DNA of 64,000 nucleotides from NCBI GenBank assembly GCA_910583835.1, contig CAJTYM010000022.1, positions 26-64,025 on the forward strand, written 5' to 3'. Within the stretch, counting starts at the first letter, position 1; the number at the start of each line of letters is the position of its first letter. Source of the DNA: an uncultured Lachnospiraceae bacterium. GTDB lineage: Bacteria; Bacillota; Clostridia; Lachnospirales; Lachnospiraceae. Below the pieces are notes generated by a model, which saw nothing but the letters and a program-made list of their open reading frames with translations, was not told the DNA's origin and searched no databases. This document shows, piece by piece, positions 48,016-58,053 of the stretch. The translations under genes and the position numbers were made by a program.

Positions 48016-48756
48016 TCACTGCCTCCTCTGTCTCACAATCTCGTAAGCGAGAACCCCGGCAGCCACGGAAGCATTTAAAGAATCAATCTCTCCTGCCATG
48101 GGAATGGCAGCGTTAAAATCACAGTTCTCCTTAACCAGTTTGCCAACGCCTTCCCCCTCGCTGCCGATAACCAGCCCGATGGGTCCTTTTAAATCCAGCT
48201 GGTACATCGTCTCGCCATCCATATCGGCACAGACAAACCAGATCCCCTGCTCTTTTAATTCTTTGATGGTCTGGGAAAGATTGGTCACCTTCGCCACAGG
48301 CGTATAATTCAAAGCCCCAGCTGATGCTTTCGCCACCGTTGCCGTAAGGCCCGCCGCCCTGCGCTTTGGTATAATCACGCCATGCGCGCCGGCGAGGTTG
48401 GCTGTACGGATAATTGCCCCCAGATTGTGGGGGTCTTCGATATTGTCAAGCAGAATTAAAAACGGATCCTCCTGCTTCTCCTTCGCTGCTGCCAGCATGT
48501 CCTCCACCTGCGCGTATTCATATGCTGCCGCATAGGCAATGACTCCCTGATGCTTTTTGGTCTCAGAAAGCTGGTCTAACCGCTCTTTTGCAACATAGTC
48601 CAAAATGGTGTCATGCTTTTTGGCTTCCCGGATAATCGTCCTGATAGGACCGTCCTGGCAGCCTTTTTGCACAAACAGCTTGTCTATGGTCTTCCCGGAA
48701 CGGAATGCCTCTAAGACCGCATTCCTTCCCTCAATGGTCAACTCCTCGTACCTCAA
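48016..48756 (-). CDS. rlmB: 23S rRNA 2'-O-methyltransferase RlmB (SpoU family)
   Basis: DPHNLGAIIRTA, GSEGEG and SLNASVA. Confidence 0.93.
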   Translation of the reverse strand: MRYEELTIEGRNAVLEAFRSGKTIDKLFVQKGCQDGPIRTIIREAKKHDTILDYVAKERLDQLSETKKHQGVIAYAAAYEYAQVEDMLAAAKEKQEDPFLILLDNIEDPHNLGAIIRTANLAGAHGVIIPKRRAAGLTATVAKASAGALNYTPVAKVTNLSQTIKELKEQGIWFVCADMDGETMYQLDLKGPIGLVIGSEGEGVGKLVKENCDFNAAIPMAGEIDSLNASVAAGVLAYEIVRQRRQ

Positions 48757-49193
48757 TCTCCTGCTCCTTTCCCAATCCTCTTAAGCCCGGTTGTAATCAA
48801 CTCCATCATCCGCTCCGTCTTATCTTCCAGATACAGATAGCCCACCAGCGCCTCAAAACCAGTCGCCCGACGGTAATCGCCCACAGTGGCATTCTTCGCC
48901 ATAGTGGAGGATTTGGCATTCCTGCCGCGCTTATATACCGCCAGTTCCTCTTCCGTCAGTTCCGGCAAAAGCTCCCCCACCATCTCCGACTGGGAATGCG
49001 CCTTCACAATCTGGCTGGTATGGCAATGCAGGTCATTGACATGGGTACTCCCTTCCCCCACTACCATGGAACGGATGATAAGGTCATAGATGCCATCGCC
49101 TATATACGCCAATGTCAATGGCGAATAACTGCGGATGTCTTTCTTCTCTATGCCAAATTTTCCTAAAATATATGAATTTATGCCCTTTTCCAT
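48753..49193 (-). CDS. mrnC: Mini-ribonuclease III
   Basis: [14 protein letters not shown] and [12 protein letters not shown]. Confidence 0.93.
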   Translation of the reverse strand: MEKGINSYILGKFGIEKKDIRSYSPLTLAYIGDGIYDLIIRSMVVGEGSTHVNDLHCHTSQIVKAHSQSEMVGELLPELTEEELAVYKRGRNAKSSTMAKNATVGDYRRATGFEALVGYLYLEDKTERMMELITTGLKRIGKGAGD

Positions 49194-50587
49194 TTTACGC
49201 CTTCCCTGGTATCCTCCAGGATAATCCCTTTTTCCGACAGTATATCACGGATTTCATCTGCACGCGCAAAATTCTTCTCCTTGCGCGCAGCCTGACGTTC
49301 TGCAATCAGCTTTTCAATCTCCTCATCAAGGATTTCCTCTTCCTTGGCAAGAATGAGGCCCAGGACATCGCAGAGGCTCTCCAGACGCTGATAAAGCTTC
49401 TCCAATAATTCCCGGGAACTCTCCTCTGTGACATTCGTATTGCAGTATTTCACGAGTTCAAAAACTGCGGAGATTGCATCTGCCGTATTGAAGTCATCAT
49501 CCATGGATTTCTCAAATTTCTCCACAAAAGCTTCGCTGCCCGCAAATATTTCCGCTTCCTCCTGCGTCATCATATCCACGGCGGTATTTTTCTGCAGATG
49601 CTGCAAATTCTGCGCTGCATTCAAGATGCGCTCCAAGCCATTCTTAGCCGCCTCCATAAGTTCTGCACTGAAATTCAGCGGACTGCGATAATGGGCGCTG
49701 AGCATAAAGAAACGCAGCACCTGCAAATTGTATTTCTCTGCTATTTCGCGGACTGTAAAGAAATTTCCTTCGGATTTGGACATTTTCTTGTTGTCAATAT
49801 TCAAAAATCCATTGTGTATCCAGTACTTGGCAAAAATCTTGCCGTTGCAAGCCTCGCTCTGGGCAATCTCATTCTCATGATGCGGGAAAATCAAATCCTC
49901 GCCGCCTGCATGGATATCAATTTCCTCGCCCAGATACTTTTTCGCCATCACGGAACATTCAATATGCCAGCCTGGCCTGCCGTTGCACCAGGGGGATTCC
50001 CAATATGGCTCCCCTTCTTTCTTGGGCTTCCACAATACGAAATCCAGGGAATCCTCCTTGTCCTCACCAGTCACCTTGATGTCACGGTGCCCTGCCTGCA
50101 GGTCGTCTAAATTCTTATGGGACAGTTTACCGTACTCTTTAAATTTCCTGGTGCGGAAATAGACGGTCCCATCCTCCACCGCATAGGCAAATCCTTTGTC
50201 AACCAAGGTGGAAATCATCTCCAACATACCGCTGATTTCCTGCGTTGCCAGCGGGTGGACCGTGGCAGGACGCACATTCATGGCAGCCATGTCCTTCTTG
50301 CATTCTTCGATATAACGCTGAGAAATTTCCTGCGCTGACACGCCCTCCTCCACGGCCTTTTTGATAATCTTATCGTCCACATCCGTAAAGTTGGACACAT
50401 AATTGACCTCATAGCCTTTGTACTCCATGTACCGGCGCACCGTATCAAACACCATCATCGGACGCGCATTTCCGATATGGATGAGGTTGTATACAGTAGG
50501 CCCGCACACATACATCTTCACCTTACCTGCCTCCAAAGGCACAAATTCTTCTTTTTGTCTGCTCAGTGTATTGTAAACTTTCATCAT
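49178..50587 (-). CDS. cysS: Cysteine-tRNA ligase
   Basis: [19 protein letters not shown] and KMSKS. Confidence 0.98.
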   Translation of the reverse strand: MMKVYNTLSRQKEEFVPLEAGKVKMYVCGPTVYNLIHIGNARPMMVFDTVRRYMEYKGYEVNYVSNFTDVDDKIIKKAVEEGVSAQEISQRYIEECKKDMAAMNVRPATVHPLATQEISGMLEMISTLVDKGFAYAVEDGTVYFRTRKFKEYGKLSHKNLDDLQAGHRDIKVTGEDKEDSLDFVLWKPKKEGEPYWESPWCNGRPGWHIECSVMAKKYLGEEIDIHAGGEDLIFPHHENEIAQSEACNGKIFAKYWIHNGFLNIDNKKMSKSEGNFFTVREIAEKYNLQVLRFFMLSAHYRSPLNFSAELMEAAKNGLERILNAAQNLQHLQKNTAVDMMTQEEAEIFAGSEAFVEKFEKSMDDDFNTADAISAVFELVKYCNTNVTEESSRELLEKLYQRLESLCDVLGLILAKEEEILDEEIEKLIAERQAARKEKNFARADEIRDILSEKGIILEDTREGVKWKRA

Positions 50588-50631
50588 TCTCCTCCTAGTC
50601 ACAAACTTAGTAGCCGGCGCGTTACGAGCAC

Positions 50632-51300
50632 CTAATCTTTACAGCGCAATTCCTTGATTTCCTTTTCCAAATCTATAATCTTATTGCACAATGCCGAATT
50701 CTCATGCTGCAATACCGTGATATCTTCCATCACCGGGTCGGGCAGATGTACCTGGTCCATATCGCTCCTCGGCACTTTGATATTATCCCGCTTGACAATC
50801 CTGCCCGGCACTCCCACCACGGTACAGTTCGGGGGAACCTCCTCCAAAACCACGCTGCCGGCGCCAATCTTGCTGTTCTCTCCAATGGTAAAGGAACCGA
50901 TAATCTTCGCACCTGCGCTCACCATCACGTTATCGCAGAGCGTGGGATGGCGTTTACCGCTCTCCTTGCCGGTCCCGCCCAGGGTAACGCCCTGATACAG
51001 CGTCACATTATCCCCGATAATCGTAGTCTCGCCGATAATCACGCCGCTGCCGTGATCAATGAAAAAGCCTTTGCCAATGACGGCTCCCGGATGGATTTCA
51101 ATGCCGGTTTTGCGCGCAGCCTTCTGAGAAATCTTCCGCGCCCGGAAATACTGCCCTTTCAGATATTTCTTATGCGCTTTGCGGTAACTTAACATCACAC
51201 GGAAACTGGGATAAAGCAACACTTCCAGGGGAGACTTAATTGCCGGGTCCCGCTCCCGGATGACCTCGTATTCTTCTTTTATCTGCTGAAACAATCCCAT
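50632..51300 (-). CDS. cysE: Serine O-acetyltransferase
   Basis: [14 protein letters not shown] and GKRHPT hexapeptide repeats. Confidence 0.96.
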   Translation of the reverse strand: MGLFQQIKEEYEVIRERDPAIKSPLEVLLYPSFRVMLSYRKAHKKYLKGQYFRARKISQKAARKTGIEIHPGAVIGKGFFIDHGSGVIIGETTIIGDNVTLYQGVTLGGTGKESGKRHPTLCDNVMVSAGAKIIGSFTIGENSKIGAGSVVLEEVPPNCTVVGVPGRIVKRDNIKVPRSDMDQVHLPDPVMEDITVLQHENSALCNKIIDLEKEIKELRCKD

Positions 51301-51360
51301 CTATGAACGCTTCCCTTCTAAAAACAATGCAGATTCCTAAAATATCTTCCTATTCGTGTT

Positions 51361-51389
51361 AGTTTATGCAGAAATTCAGATTTTGTCAA
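51361..51389 (-). promoter_or_regulatory. Putative SigA promoter of cysE-cysS
   Basis: TTGACA-17-TAAACT on the minus strand. Confidence 0.6.
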
Positions 51390-51427
51390 TAGGAAAAATA
51401 ATTTGGATTTCCCCATTTTGTAATTCA

Positions 51428-51560
51428 TAGCACCTAAAGGTTTCCATCATAAAATGATGGAAACACTTTGCACATAAAAGCGCTATGGAAAGCTAGCTTT
51501 CCAGACGCTTTTTGTGCAAGATGTCTATGCTGCCAAAGGCAGCAAGACCTTTAGGTGCTA
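51428..51560. repeat. 133-bp multi-hairpin palindromic element (REP/MITE-like)
   Basis: 13-bp terminal IR TAGCACCTAAAGG/CCTTTAGGTGCTA enclosing three internal hairpins. Confidence 0.8.
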
Positions 51561-51640
51561 TAATATCAGTTATTATAAAAATAGGGAAACTGATATAAAT
51601 ATAAGTTCAGCCAGCCAAAAGAACTCAGAGCAAATTGTGC

Positions 51641-52741
51641 TCACACCCACTCATGCAGATAAACCGCTGTATTCCCAAATAGCCTTTCCGTAAGTTCCAT
51701 GATATCCAGATGCTCCCTTACCCCGGCTCTGTGTATCCGCCTTATGCTGCCGCCCCTGCAATCGATATCAATCTGGAAACAGCCCTCATTTGCGGCAATA
51801 ACCGAATCCGTCACATCCACCCGATACTGTATGGGCTTGCCGCTTTGCAGCAGCGGCACAAGCGAGAAAAGGTTTGTCAGGCGCACCATCATCCGTGAAG
51901 ATGTGAATGATATCCTGTCGTACGCCACACAGCCTGCCTCTTTCAGGGCAGCGCTGCAGATTTGCCCCGCCTCTTCTTTCGTAACGTCCTCTTCTAAGAG
52001 AATCTCCTTAATTTCTGCTGTTACGGTTCCTTGAGAACGATTGATACTGTAAAAAATAAGCCCATTCATCCCCTGCCAGTTCTCTGACACCAGCGCACCG
52101 CCATGTTCTGCTGCCAATTCTGCCAGCAGACGGCGGCAATATTGTTCCTCGCGCCAGATAAAAACCTCACATCTGCGTTCTAATACCCGGTTGGAAAATA
52201 CCGCCATCCTTGCCGCATCTTCTGCACTTGCCCGCCGCCATCTTCCTGCACCGGCAACTTCCAGAGAAGCTGCCCTTATCATTTCCTGCCCGGATTCCCG
52301 GGCAAAGCAGATGCCGCCCCTGTCGAGGTAAGGCTGGTTAGGAAAAAACACAAACCCCTGGCCCCGGTAATACGCCGGGTCTGCCGGAAGCAAAAAAGTA
52401 AAGGGGACTTCCCCGGCTGCCAAATCCTGCAGAAGACTTGCCATCACCAGCCCCATTTTCCCTCGCCTACGGTAAGCAATGTCCGTTGCCACCGCCACAA
52501 TGTAAGGGATTTGCCTCCTATGCCCATAAATACTGAGGTTGTATGGATTCAGATGAATCATAACATGGAAGGAACTGTCCTGTTCAGCCCCTTCCATTAC
52601 CATAATTTCATTATCTTTCGTCTTAAGGCTATAGTAATAATCTACAAACTCCTGGGAATCTTCGGGAAAGGCACTCTCATACATTGGCCTAGTTGCCTGT
52701 TTCTCCTCCTGACTCAGATAGCGTATCCTGCTGCTTTCCAT
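51641..52741 (-). CDS. GNAT acetyltransferase, Eis-like
   Basis: YIVAVAT..YRRRGKM acetyl-CoA motif; C-terminal SCP-like D..I..N.G.F segment. Confidence 0.8.
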   Translation of the reverse strand: MESSRIRYLSQEEKQATRPMYESAFPEDSQEFVDYYYSLKTKDNEIMVMEGAEQDSSFHVMIHLNPYNLSIYGHRRQIPYIVAVATDIAYRRRGKMGLVMASLLQDLAAGEVPFTFLLPADPAYYRGQGFVFFPNQPYLDRGGICFARESGQEMIRAASLEVAGAGRWRRASAEDAARMAVFSNRVLERRCEVFIWREEQYCRRLLAELAAEHGGALVSENWQGMNGLIFYSINRSQGTVTAEIKEILLEEDVTKEEAGQICSAALKEAGCVAYDRISFTSSRMMVRLTNLFSLVPLLQSGKPIQYRVDVTDSVIAANEGCFQIDIDCRGGSIRRIHRAGVREHLDIMELTERLFGNTAVYLHEWV

Positions 52742-52878
52742 GGTCCTTCCTTCTCAATCCAGTACTTTTCCACCGCCGTATGCATAAATATGCATAACAA
52801 AGAGGGCTTTTATCTTATAGGAAAGCCTGTACTTTTACCCATTCATGCAACACGGTCTTCCTATAAGAGAACTAACAG

Positions 52879-53430
52879 CTAAATTGACTGCTGTTTCGTA
52901 CATCCGCCGCAGCCTTCACAGTTCCTTGCGCTGTCATAGGCAGCCACGCTTCCCTCATATAATCCGGTCAGGGAGCAGATTGCCTGTGCAGAAATTCCCT
53001 CCTGCCTGCCGCTAAATCCCAAACCTTCTTCTGTCGTTGCCTTGACATTGACCTGATTGTCCGCAATCGCCAGCACATTGGCAATATTCTGCTCCATCTG
53101 TGCGATATATGGCCGCAGTTTAGGCTTCTGCGCAATAACAGTCGCATCGATGTTCTCGACCACATATCCTTGCTGCCGCAGCAGCTCTCCCACATGCGCC
53201 AGCAGCTTCATGCTGGATATTCCCTTATACGCTTCGTCAGTATCTGGGAAATGTTTGCCGATATCTGAAAGCGCAGCCGCCCCCAACAATGCATCCATAA
53301 TGGCATGTATGAGCACATCCGCATCGGAATGCCCATCAAGCCCTAATTCATGTGCAATTTCCACGCCGCCGAGAATCAGCTTCCTGCCCTCCGTCAGCCT
53401 GTGCACATCGTATCCAATCCCTACTCTCAT
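52879..53430 (-). CDS. ispF: 2-C-methyl-D-erythritol 2,4-cyclodiphosphate synthase
   Basis: GYDVH, GHSDADV and [10 protein letters not shown]. Confidence 0.96.
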   Translation of the reverse strand: MRVGIGYDVHRLTEGRKLILGGVEIAHELGLDGHSDADVLIHAIMDALLGAAALSDIGKHFPDTDEAYKGISSMKLLAHVGELLRQQGYVVENIDATVIAQKPKLRPYIAQMEQNIANVLAIADNQVNVKATTEEGLGFSGRQEGISAQAICSLTGLYEGSVAAYDSARNCEGCGGCTKQQSI

Positions 53431-53433
53431 TCT

Positions 53434-53958
53434 TTATTTACCTTCATATGTAATGAGGCTGTCCACATGATACCCGGCAAGCTTCTCCCTGCCCTTTAAT
53501 CCGGCAAGCTCCATTACAAAACAGATCTTGACCACCTCGCCGCCAAGCTGTTCCACCAATTTAATAATTGCTTCGGTAGTTCCGCCGGTAGCAATCAGGT
53601 CATCCACAATAGCTACTTTCTGCCCTGGTCTGATGGCATCTTTATGCATCTCAACCACAGCGCTCCCATATTCCAAATCATATTTCTCTGAAATAACCTC
53701 ACAGGGCAGTTTGCCTTGCTTACGGACCGGCACAAATCCTTTGCGTTCCTCATATGCCACCGGAACGCCAAAAATAAAGCCTCTTGATTCCGGTCCCACC
53801 ACAACATCGTACTCTACATCCTTAAGGCTTTGCAAAAGCCCATCAATTGCCAGATGCAGCCCCTCTGCATCCTGCAAAATGCTGGTTACGTCCCTGAAAA
53901 TAATTCCCGGCTCCGGAAAATCGGGAATGCTTCTTACATATTCTTCTAATTTTTTCAT
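53434..53958 (-). CDS. apt: Adenine phosphoribosyltransferase
   Basis: PDFPEPGIIFRD, ESRGF and VDDLIATGGT. Confidence 0.97.
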   Translation of the reverse strand: MKKLEEYVRSIPDFPEPGIIFRDVTSILQDAEGLHLAIDGLLQSLKDVEYDVVVGPESRGFIFGVPVAYEERKGFVPVRKQGKLPCEVISEKYDLEYGSAVVEMHKDAIRPGQKVAIVDDLIATGGTTEAIIKLVEQLGGEVVKICFVMELAGLKGREKLAGYHVDSLITYEGK

Positions 53959-54231
53959 TTGCTTATCCTCCTGATATAGTTACAGTATAGTATAACCCCT
54001 TTTTTTATACAAGCTGTTTTTGGAAAAGATTCCTTTCCGGGCAGCAACTTACGGTTCTTTTGTTTCTTCGACAGCAGACAGCGGCAATTTACACGATTTT
54101 CCAGCATTCCTCCAAGATTTTTTCCACTATCTTAGCACCCTTTTCCCGGGGTTTTTGGTATAATGTTATCAAATCATAAACGCGTGGTAACGCACAGAAA
54201 TTGGCATAACATTAATAACCGAGGTGAGTAA

Positions 54232-54396
54232 ATGCAGGCCAACAACACATCTTCAAACAGCACGATTGATTCAATGGAACGATTGCGGAATGAAAATGTT
54301 CTCTTACTCGAAGAGAACAGAAAATTGACCGAAACTATCGACTGGATGCACGACACCATCTGGCGTCTCGTGCGCACACAACGCCCGGAAAACTAA
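54232..54396 (+). CDS. Small (54 aa) hypothetical coiled-coil protein missing from the ORF track
   Basis: GAGGTG RBS, ATG...TAA; MQANNTSSNSTIDSMERLRNENVLLLEENRKLTETIDWMHDTIWRLVRTQRPEN; extended -10 TGGTATAAT upstream. Confidence 0.6.
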   Translation: MQANNTSSNSTIDSMERLRNENVLLLEENRKLTETIDWMHDTIWRLVRTQRPEN

Positions 54397-54401
54397 TCCT
54401 T

Positions 54402-55205
54402 TCAGTCTTCTCTTTTGCGCACCAGTACGATTTTGGTGATTCCATTGCTGGAATCATCTTTTCGGGTCTGCAATTCCGGGAACGATTCAATCAGTTTGCC
54501 AAATTTAGCAAATCCATAATTCCTGCAGTCAAAATCTGAATACATCCTCTGTATCATATTGCCCAATTCCGACAGGTACATCCAGCCATCCTCATCTGAA
54601 TTTTCATCCAACAGGGAAATTACCATTTCCTTAATTGCACGAAGGTTTGTAATCGGCTGCGCATCTTTGGACTGCCCCCCTGGCAATAACGCCTTTTCTG
54701 CCGGCACACATTTAATCTCCTGTCTCCTCGTGCGTTCCGCTGCATTATTTTTCTGCACCGGATGGTGATTCTTATAAAGCACATCCAATGTCTTAAACTG
54801 CTCACATGCCCGGACAAACGGCGTCGGCGTCTTACTCTCACCCATGCCAATCACACGTTTCCCGGACTCCCGAAGCCGCATTGCCAGTTTTGTAAAATCG
54901 CTGTCAGAAGAGACTATGATAAATCCGTCTACATCATTCGTATAGAGAATATCCATGGCATCAATAATCATCGCAGAATCGGAAGAATTCTTCCCCACAG
55001 TATAACTGTACTGCTGTATGGGCGATAATGAATTTTCCAATAGTGAATCTTTCCAGGAATTCTTAGCTGTCGCCGTCCAGTCTCCATAAATCCTGCGGAT
55101 GGTAATATTTCCAAGAGACTGCGCCTCCTTTGTGACAATTCCGATGTACTTTGAAGACACATTCTCTGCATCAATCAACAGGGCATATTTATTTTCATCC
55201 CTCAT
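54402..55205 (-). CDS. NYN (LabA/DUF88) domain protein with a C-terminal OST-HTH/LOTUS domain
   Basis: LIDAEN, RIYGDW, GKNSSD, SSDSDF and FDCRNYGF. Confidence 0.9.
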   Translation of the reverse strand: MRDENKYALLIDAENVSSKYIGIVTKEAQSLGNITIRRIYGDWTATAKNSWKDSLLENSLSPIQQYSYTVGKNSSDSAMIIDAMDILYTNDVDGFIIVSSDSDFTKLAMRLRESGKRVIGMGESKTPTPFVRACEQFKTLDVLYKNHHPVQKNNAAERTRRQEIKCVPAEKALLPGGQSKDAQPITNLRAIKEMVISLLDENSDEDGWMYLSELGNMIQRMYSDFDCRNYGFAKFGKLIESFPELQTRKDDSSNGITKIVLVRKRED

Positions 55206-55363
55206 TCCGTTACTCCTTTCAACACATTACCATTTATTTTAACCTCCGCAACAATTATAATACTTTCTATTTGTGAAAACAACAAAAGATTCAAGAAGAA
55301 TTTTTCTCCTATTTTTGTACATACTATCTAAAAGTATTTTATTTTCAGAAAGGAGAATATTTT

Positions 55364-55675
55364 ATGCTTGATAAAGAGATTGATAAATACCTGCAGAATA
55401 CCTATGACGACGGCAATATCCCGGAAATAGACCTGCCCGGGCGCGCAGACGCCCCCTCCGGTTCAAACCGCTATGGCGATTCGCCCATCGATGACCCGCC
55501 CGGACAAAACAGTTACGGAGATGTGCCCATCGGCGACCCCGGAAACAGCCATTCCAATCCCTCAGGGGACAACAATTCCAATCCCACGGGGGACAACAAC
55601 CTGGTATGGGTCACTCCCCCAGTGCTGCTTTCCCAATCTGAGGGACCCGCACCAAACGCTATCGGCGGAATATAA
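55364..55675 (+). CDS. Hypothetical low-complexity acidic Pro/Gly/Asn-rich protein
   Basis: AAAGGAG RBS; stop overlaps the RBS of eda; internal repeats. Confidence 0.6.
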   Translation: MLDKEIDKYLQNTYDDGNIPEIDLPGRADAPSGSNRYGDSPIDDPPGQNSYGDVPIGDPGNSHSNPSGDNNSNPTGDNNLVWVTPPVLLSQSEGPAPNAIGGI

Positions 55676-55684
55676 GGAGGGTTT

Positions 55685-56314
55685 ATGGAGAATATATTAG
55701 AACAAATTACCCAAAAACGTATCGTGCCGGTGGTAGTCCTCCGCAACATTGCCGATGCCAAACCATTGGCACAGGCGCTTTGCGATGGCGGGCTGCCCTG
55801 TGCAGAAATTACCTTTCGCACCGAAACTGCTGCCGATGCCATCAAGATTATGTCTGAGGAGTTCCCTGATATGCTTTTGGGCGCCGGCACTGTCCTTACC
55901 CCGGCACAGGCTGACCAGGCGATGAAAGCCGGCGCTAAATTCATCGTCAGCCCAGGACTCAACCCCACGATGGTGAAGCATTGCATCAAGAAGAAATATC
56001 CGGTCATCCCAGGCGTCAACAATCCCAGTGACATAGAAGCCGCTCTTTCTTTCGGGCTGACTTTCGTAAAGTTTTTCCCGGCAGAAGCCTCCGGTGGCCT
56101 GGAAATGATAAAAGCGCTGTCCGCCCCCTACCCGCAGATGCGCTTCATGCCCACTGGCGGAATCACGCCGGAGAATCTTCACACCTATCTTGCCAATGAC
56201 AAGATAGCTGCCTGCGGCGGAACCTGGATGGTGCGGGACGAATTGCTTAAATTACAGAACTTTGATGAGATAAAGCGGCTGACTGAAGATGCCTTGCGGA
56301 CAGTCCGCAGCTGA
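55685..56314 (+). CDS. eda: KDPG/KHG aldolase
   Basis: EITFRT, GAGTVL, VKFFPA and FMPTGGI. Confidence 0.93.
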   Translation: MENILEQITQKRIVPVVVLRNIADAKPLAQALCDGGLPCAEITFRTETAADAIKIMSEEFPDMLLGAGTVLTPAQADQAMKAGAKFIVSPGLNPTMVKHCIKKKYPVIPGVNNPSDIEAALSFGLTFVKFFPAEASGGLEMIKALSAPYPQMRFMPTGGITPENLHTYLANDKIAACGGTWMVRDELLKLQNFDEIKRLTEDALRTVRS

Positions 56315-56343
56315 CAGCAGTTTATCAGAAAAGGAGAACTACT

Positions 56344-57372
56344 ATGACAGGAAAAAAAATAATCACTTTTGGCGAACTGATGCTGCGCCTTGCCCCGGAA
56401 GGTTACAAGCGATTTGTACAGTCTGATACCCTGGGCGCAACTTATGGCGGAGGAGAGGCAAATGTCTGCGTGTCGCTGGCTAATTATGGCTTCCATGCAG
56501 TATTTGTATCGCGTCTGCCCACACACGAAATTGGGCAGTCTGGAATCAATGCCTTACGGAAATATGGCGTGGATACCTCCTATATCGCCCGGGGCGGCAG
56601 CCGCGTTGGCATCTATTATCTGGAAAAAGGCGCTTCCCAAAGACCTTCCAAGGTTATCTATGACCGTGAAGGTTCTGCACTGTCCACTGCCACCGATAGG
56701 GATTTCTGCTGGAAAGAAATTTTCACGGGTGCAGACTGGTTCCATTTCACCGGAATTACCCCTGCCTTAAACGACACCTTGGCTGACCTGTGCCTTGCGG
56801 CATGTAAGGCAGCAAAAGAGGCCGGCGTTACCATTTCCTGTGATTTAAATTACCGGAACAAACTATGGAGCAAAGAAAAAGCAGGACAGGTCATGGCACA
56901 GCTCTGCAAGTACGTGGACGTATGCATCGCCAACGAGGAAGATGCCGCCGATGTGTTCGGCATCAAATCTTCCGGCACTGATGTCACGGCTGGAACCGTC
57001 AACCACGAAGGATACAAAGAGGTAGCCAGGCAGCTGAAAGAACAATTTGGATTTTCTAAGGTCGCCATCACCTTGCGGGAATCCATTTCCGCTAACGACA
57101 ATGACTGGTCCGCCATGCTCTACGATGGCACAGACTATTATTTCAGCCGCAAATACCACATGCACATCGTGGACCGTGTGGGCGGCGGCGACAGCTTCGG
57201 CGGCGGCCTGATTGCAGCCTCCCTGATGGGCTATGATGCCCAGAAAACGATTGACTTTGCCGTAGCTGCTTCCTGCCTCAAGCACTCTATTGAGGGGGAC
57301 TTCAATCTCGTCACCCTGGACGAGGTATTGAAACTGGCAGGCGGCGATGCTTCCGGTCGCGTACAGCGGTAA
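56344..57372 (+). CDS. kdgK: 2-keto-3-deoxygluconate kinase (PfkB family)
   Basis: FGELMLRL, GGGEANV, DLNYR and DRVGGGDSF; next to eda. Confidence 0.9.
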   Translation: MTGKKIITFGELMLRLAPEGYKRFVQSDTLGATYGGGEANVCVSLANYGFHAVFVSRLPTHEIGQSGINALRKYGVDTSYIARGGSRVGIYYLEKGASQRPSKVIYDREGSALSTATDRDFCWKEIFTGADWFHFTGITPALNDTLADLCLAACKAAKEAGVTISCDLNYRNKLWSKEKAGQVMAQLCKYVDVCIANEEDAADVFGIKSSGTDVTAGTVNHEGYKEVARQLKEQFGFSKVAITLRESISANDNDWSAMLYDGTDYYFSRKYHMHIVDRVGGGDSFGGGLIAASLMGYDAQKTIDFAVAASCLKHSIEGDFNLVTLDEVLKLAGGDASGRVQR

Positions 57373-57479
57373 CAGTCTGCTGTTATGAAATGAAGAAAGT
57401 AAGCCTACCTCTCTCTGAGACTGACAGATTTCTACGCCAATTCACCCTGTCGGCTGGCTGGCAGTCCATCTGCGGACTG

Positions 57480-57890
57480 TCAGCTCATCATGCCGCCAGC
57501 CATGCCGGATGCCGTACAGAGAATCAAGGTTGTGAAAAACCTCGACAGTTCCATGTTAATTCCTTTCTGGAACAAAATAGAGCCGATAACCAAAATTAGG
57601 AAATAAGCCGCCCCCATAAGCATCCCCCATAAAAATCTTCTTGTCTTCATCACCTTTCCGCTTAGGAAACCTCCCAGAAATCCAGATAATACATAGATTA
57701 CCACAATCCCTACGGACACCACGGACTCGCTAAGCTGCATTTTATAAAGCATTGCTGATAACACCAACAGCAGCGCCCCGGTCACCAAATACATGGCGAG
57801 CAAAATTTTTAAAATGGTAAGTGCCGATACTCTGATTTTCTTTTCCCCCTGTGCCTGCACATGTTTTTTTCTTGAATGATTGTTTTCCAT
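57480..57890 (-). CDS. TIGR04086-like small membrane protein
   Basis: Four TM segments; GGFLSGK...RRFLWG and GMAGGM motifs. Confidence 0.75.
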   Translation of the reverse strand: MENNHSRKKHVQAQGEKKIRVSALTILKILLAMYLVTGALLLVLSAMLYKMQLSESVVSVGIVVIYVLSGFLGGFLSGKVMKTRRFLWGMLMGAAYFLILVIGSILFQKGINMELSRFFTTLILCTASGMAGGMMS

Positions 57891-58053
57891 TTCCGCTTCC
57901 TCCCTTTGCTATACAAATGATAGAATGTCCATTCATCCTAAAATATTCTATTCCTGCTGCCGACAAACTATTCCTTGCAAAAATCCGATTCTTCCTTTAT
58001 ATTATTAGATATTGATACATAAAATTATGCATATACCGAAAGGAGCGATATTT

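Noticed and set aside
47404..48756. No rae1/yacP between rlmB and sigH, with the NYN gene at 54402 as a replacement
   Set aside because: The 54402 protein is LabA/DUF88-LOTUS type, not YacP type, and gene-order variation here is unremarkable
51301..51640. T-box leader for cysE-cysS
   Set aside because: No T-box consensus or specifier stem recognised; a promoter lies only about 60 nt from cysE and the nearby structure is a palindromic repeat
55364..55675. RiPP precursor peptide
   Set aside because: No modifying enzyme, protease or exporter adjacent; the PqqD-like gene is 28 kb away
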